A stretch of DNA of 63,217 nt, the filler included, from Licmophora abbreviata (taxonomy: Eukaryota): assembly GCA_900291995.1 (NCBI GenBank). It is 12 parts of 12 records of this genome, joined end to end, with 100 filler letters (N's around TTAATTAATTAA, not from the genome) between each part and the next. Parts side by side here need not be neighbours in the genome. Positions count along the whole stretch, not along the records: positions 52,373 to 62,003 come from OLMU01000353.1; positions 62,104 to 63,217 come from OLMU01000355.1; 10 more parts are not named here. One strand, 5' to 3'. Under the pieces are notes generated by a model, which saw nothing but the letters and a program-made list of their open reading frames with translations, was not told where the DNA came from and did no database searches. This document shows positions 59,321 to 63,217 of this stretch, one piece after another. Position 1 is the stretch's first letter; each line of letters begins with the position of its first letter. Position numbers and translations under genes: made by a program.

Positions 59321-60161
59321 CCCAATATAACGAGGCTAGCTAGTGATTATATGTTAAAATGCGATTTTCACAGCCCAGCCTTTTCGGTTTGAGCGGGGAC
59401 GACATAGATGTTGTATGCCCCGCGTAGCTCCATGCTACACTTAACTGTTTAAAGCCTTTTTTGCTAGAAAATGATGCCACGATAAAGGCCTGGGGCAAAA
59501 TTCTTTATGTCTGTTGTCTCAGAAAGTAGAAGCCCCCCTCCCCCAAACAGTCTTCATTCCTAATATGTGAATTCTCTCTAGATTTGCTTTTGTCTTCCAG
59601 TCTTGCAGAGATCTCCTGGATGCGCTTCTTTTCCCAGAGAATCCATCCACGGTCTCTTCTTGTACGTTACATCCTGGACAGGTCGGCCGTTGATCAACCC
59701 CGATGGTGAACTACAGAATCCAAAATGAATCATTCGCCTCACATCGATTCGATTCAAGATGACGAAGCGGTGCCCGCCCGGCGCTTTCAATCCAATTAAG
59801 ATATGTAAATGTTCAGTCACGAATGGTGTATAATGTGATGTGATGTCACAAATCTTTCTTGCGCGTTGATGCAGCTGAGTTCTCGGCCTCTGCTGTGTGA
59901 TGTGTACATTGAATGTTGCACGCCGCCGTGATAGTGCATGTTGCTTCATTGAGTCCAATGGTGGACACATTGAGTGTTGATATCATTGCTTCACGACCGA
60001 CGCTTATTCAATGGATGAAAGGCCGAGATCAAACGGCAATGAGTGACTGCAATTCTGGTTGAAACTTTCGCTCTTGCAACGCACAGCAGTCTTGTCCTGC
60101 AATTGAGCGCAGCCGAATCACGACTTATCTGCTTCCATCGTGTCCGCTCTATTCCGACAGA

Positions 60162-61319
60162 ATGTACAATCTCCCTCCTTCCCTACGAGATTTGCAAGAA
60201 ACAGGTCTCGAACCCATTTACACCAAAGCACAGGAGCTGACACTGATCGTGCTTCCTTATTTCAGCGCCCCCCTGAGCGTCGTCGGCTCAAGCCTGATCA
60301 TCTATGTCATATGGAAGGAGCGCCGAACGAAACTCAAAGAGACTCACCATCGACTCATGCTCGGTCTGAGTACCATCAATTTTATAAACTCGCTTGGCAT
60401 TACTGTGCTAGGTCACTGGGCGATGCCAGCCGACTCTGGCGTTCCTGGTGCCCGGGGGACCACTACAACCTGCACTATAGCAGGTTTCTTTCTAAACCTC
60501 ATTTTCGGAGGGATGTGGTATTCATTTTTCCTATGTCTCTGCTTTGCACTAAGAATTCAGTGTGAATGCAAGGAGCGTTGCATTGTAATTTATACAGAGA
60601 CGTTCGGCCACTTCTTTGGTTTCCTATTTCCGCTGGTTACTGGGATTCTATCTGCCTTTGGAGACGAGATTAACCCGTTGCAACAGCTTCCAGGATGGTG
60701 TGCGAAAACAGATTATCCGAACGGCTGCACGTCGAACGATGATGTGGTCTGCCTCCTGGGAGAAGATTTCACAGAAGAGACGTCGATTGGCACCATTCTC
60801 ATCTTGTTTGCGGGAATCGTGATAAGCATGACGCTGATCGTTGTGAAAGTACGACGCACCGAGATAAGGATGCGGGCCTATGCTGGGGGTCGCAACCACG
60901 CCTTACAGCACACAAGGCAAGCGGGGGTGCAGGCGATGTGGTACATTGGCACATTCTTCATCGTCTACGGTCCGCTATCCATTCTTTTCACCCTGAGTGA
61001 CGACTTCTCACAGCACCCTCAGGGTTTGTATTTTGCTTTCGCGTTCTTGGCAAAGTTGATGAGTCCGCTACAAGGGTTTCTAAGTGCAATCGTGTACTTT
61101 CGCCGCAACTTTCGAACACTTCTACAGGATGGGAGAAGTCTAGCGTTCCTGTCCGATTGGTTTGCAAAGTATTGGCCGCATGGGGGATCTACAATGGAAA
61201 TGACAGAGACTAGTACTGACAACCATGACAGCGCCGTGGAGGTTGCGGGAGTGCATTCGAGTGGCGTAGATAATGGTGGTGTGGACGGGCACGCTACGAT
61301 GGAGGATGTGGCTCCCTGA
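60162..61319 (+). CDS. Seven-TM GPCR-like protein (cAR/Git3-like)
   Basis: About 7 hydrophobic helices; LSVVGSSLII, HHRLMLGLS, CTIAGFF, GWC loop, PLQGFLSAIVY. Confidence 0.8.
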   Translation: MYNLPPSLRDLQETGLEPIYTKAQELTLIVLPYFSAPLSVVGSSLIIYVIWKERRTKLKETHHRLMLGLSTINFINSLGITVLGHWAMPADSGVPGARGTTTTCTIAGFFLNLIFGGMWYSFFLCLCFALRIQCECKERCIVIYTETFGHFFGFLFPLVTGILSAFGDEINPLQQLPGWCAKTDYPNGCTSNDDVVCLLGEDFTEETSIGTILILFAGIVISMTLIVVKVRRTEIRMRAYAGGRNHALQHTRQAGVQAMWYIGTFFIVYGPLSILFTLSDDFSQHPQGLYFAFAFLAKLMSPLQGFLSAIVYFRRNFRTLLQDGRSLAFLSDWFAKYWPHGGSTMEMTETSTDNHDSAVEVAGVHSSGVDNGGVDGHATMEDVAP

Positions 61320-61855
61320 CTTGAACTTGTGTATTGATAGGGTTGCTCTACTAGCGGCTTCTAGCTATGTTAACCATGCAGGGTAACAAACACCTCAGGC
61401 TCAGGTCATATCAGGCAGGTCCGTGGAATGCGAAGCATCGTACCGGTATGGAATCTTTGTTCTATTGCCATGACAATGACGATACCGATATAATACCGGT
61501 ACCTGTATACCATGGTAGCTGCTACGTCTAGTCTGCGAGATGAGCTCCAAGATGATGTATATCTGCCACGTGCAAAACCCCGCGTGCGAGTAGTGTTTTG
61601 TGAAATAATTGCTAAATAGAAATGACGCTAAGACTTGAAAAACGAAAAGGATTGACGAGATCATGAGGTGGTCATCGGCGGCGGAGGGTCATGTGACAAT
61701 GCGATGAATCACGGATTGACGTCGACAGTTGCCGCGTGTGGGGCACGGTATCGCAAGACAGAAGTGCAAGTATAGAAATTCTGGAACCATTGCAAGGTCG
61801 TGAAGGAACTGAAAAGAGATTCACGTTCCAGTCGCTACCGCCACGCGTGACAATC

Positions 61856-63053
61856 ATGGGATCGCTACGCGAACAGCGTATCGCCAACACTGCGTCGACC
61901 ATGTCGTCGTCATCTCCCGGAGCTCCCGCTCGGTCTCGTCCACGCCAAGATGACGAAACTGAACGTGCAGTCTCTACCGAGTCTCGTTCTCCCATCCGCT
62001 TTGNNNNNNNNNNNNNNNNNNNNNNNNNNNNNNNNNNNNNNNNNNNNTTAATTAATTAANNNNNNNNNNNNNNNNNNNNNNNNNNNNNNNNNNNNNNNNN
62101 NNNTCCAGACTGTGGCAAGCGGGGCCACCAAAGTCGTACAGAACCACGTGAGACGTTGGGAGAAGGACCAGACTCGCAAACGAATCTCCGAGCACCTATC
62201 GATTGTCCAGCGAGCACGAATCGAGGCCGCCGAGGCCTCGACCCCGGATGCCCGTATGAGTCGATCGCAAAGTCTACATTCGCTCGGGGAAATGGGCGTC
62301 GCACTTTTTTCGCCTCTGGACCCGGCATTTGACGTTGTGAAGGCTAGGTCGGAAGGTAGCGCAGGGGGTGCTCCTCTACTAGACGAGGACAGCGAGAGTA
62401 CGGCAACAAGTAGCGATTGCGGGGTGTTCCTGGAGGATAAAATTGAGACCCTACTTCGCGTTCTGCCAGAATCTATCACTGGAGAGACTGTACCGCACTT
62501 ACTGACGCAGGAGACGATGCAAGAGCTGCGAAGTTCCATGCCCGCCTTTTTGTTTACAAAGTCGTGGAAACGCCTCTACTCGCTAACTCGCGACGGCGAT
62601 TCCTTTGGGACGTTTCTAAGTTGTGTGCGAGGTCACAAACACACTGTCGCGGTGGTCGAAACTACTGACCACAAGATCCTGGGAGGCTTTGCTGATTCTC
62701 GTTGGGGACTGCAATCGGAGCGAAGCGATGGGAGGTATTACGGGACGGGCACATCCTTTCTGTTCTCGGTGAATGAACCACGTGAACAGGGAGAGGGTGA
62801 AGATTCCTCGAAGACTCCTCCTGTCACGGTTTTCAAGTGGCAAGGAGTAAACGAGTACAGCCAGCTTTGTCGAACCAAGGATGGAACCATCGCCATGGGA
62901 GGAGGAGGCGCCTTCGGTATGCTCATACAGGACAACTTCACGAGAGGATCTTCTGGTCCATGCCTGACATTTGGGAATGTTAGTCCCTTGTCGGGCAAGG
63001 ATCACTTCGAAGTACTTAACTTTGAATGCTACGGATTCGAGCATTCTTGGTAG
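61856..63053 (+). CDS. TLDc-domain (OXR1-like) protein; spans gap 62004-62103
   Basis: WKRLYSLTRDGDSF, ILGGF, YYGTGTSFLF, IAMGGG, GSSGPCLTFGN, FECYGF. Confidence 0.88.
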
Positions 63054-63217
63054 TGATGCCGATTTCCGACTTTGACGTTGACGATTCAGGTGCATAGAGA
63101 GCAAATAGATAGACCACGCTCAGCCTGTAGACCCATCTTATTCGTCTTTTGACACTTCTTGGCTAGCTTGCGTTGCCTTTCACAATTCATTAGTAAGAGG
63201 CCGATGTAGAATCGATC

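Noticed and set aside
59330..60150. ORF 59578-59970 and AT-richer spacer as a hidden gene or ncRNA
   Set aside because: No motifs or recognisable RNA structure; looks like ordinary intergenic DNA upstream of the 7TM gene.

Overview
Gene-dense eukaryotic nuclear DNA, almost certainly from a diatom (short GT-AG introns, bipartite signal+ASAF-like plastid presequences, RxL propeptide motifs, DNMT5). It is a draft scaffold with 11 artificial 100-nt gaps (N44-TTAATTAATTAA-N44), about five single-base frameshifts in homopolymer runs (probably sequencing errors) and two near-duplicate segments flanking gaps (probably uncollapsed haplotypes). About 29 protein genes: HCF101, a 2xSAP protein, MCCase alpha, tyrosine aminotransferase, SHMT, S6K-like kinase, glycerol kinase, a beta-alpha fused NAD(P) transhydrogenase, M11 gametolysin-like protease plus a Cys-repeat neighbour, APC10, RPT2, an alpha-carbonic anhydrase with altered Zn ligands, MFS sugar porter, LRR-cap protein, HROB-like OB protein, JmjC oxygenase, ELP2, two tandem orphan paralogues, a head-to-head pair of Cys/Asn/Tyr-rich single-pass membrane proteins (candidate silica-deposition-vesicle proteins), alpha/beta hydrolase, Iojap/RsfS, citrate carrier, Tudor-DNMT5-SNF2, a 7TM receptor and a TLDc protein. 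No rRNA, tRNA, CRISPR or recognisable transposon was seen. All family calls come from motif recognition by eye; no searches were run.
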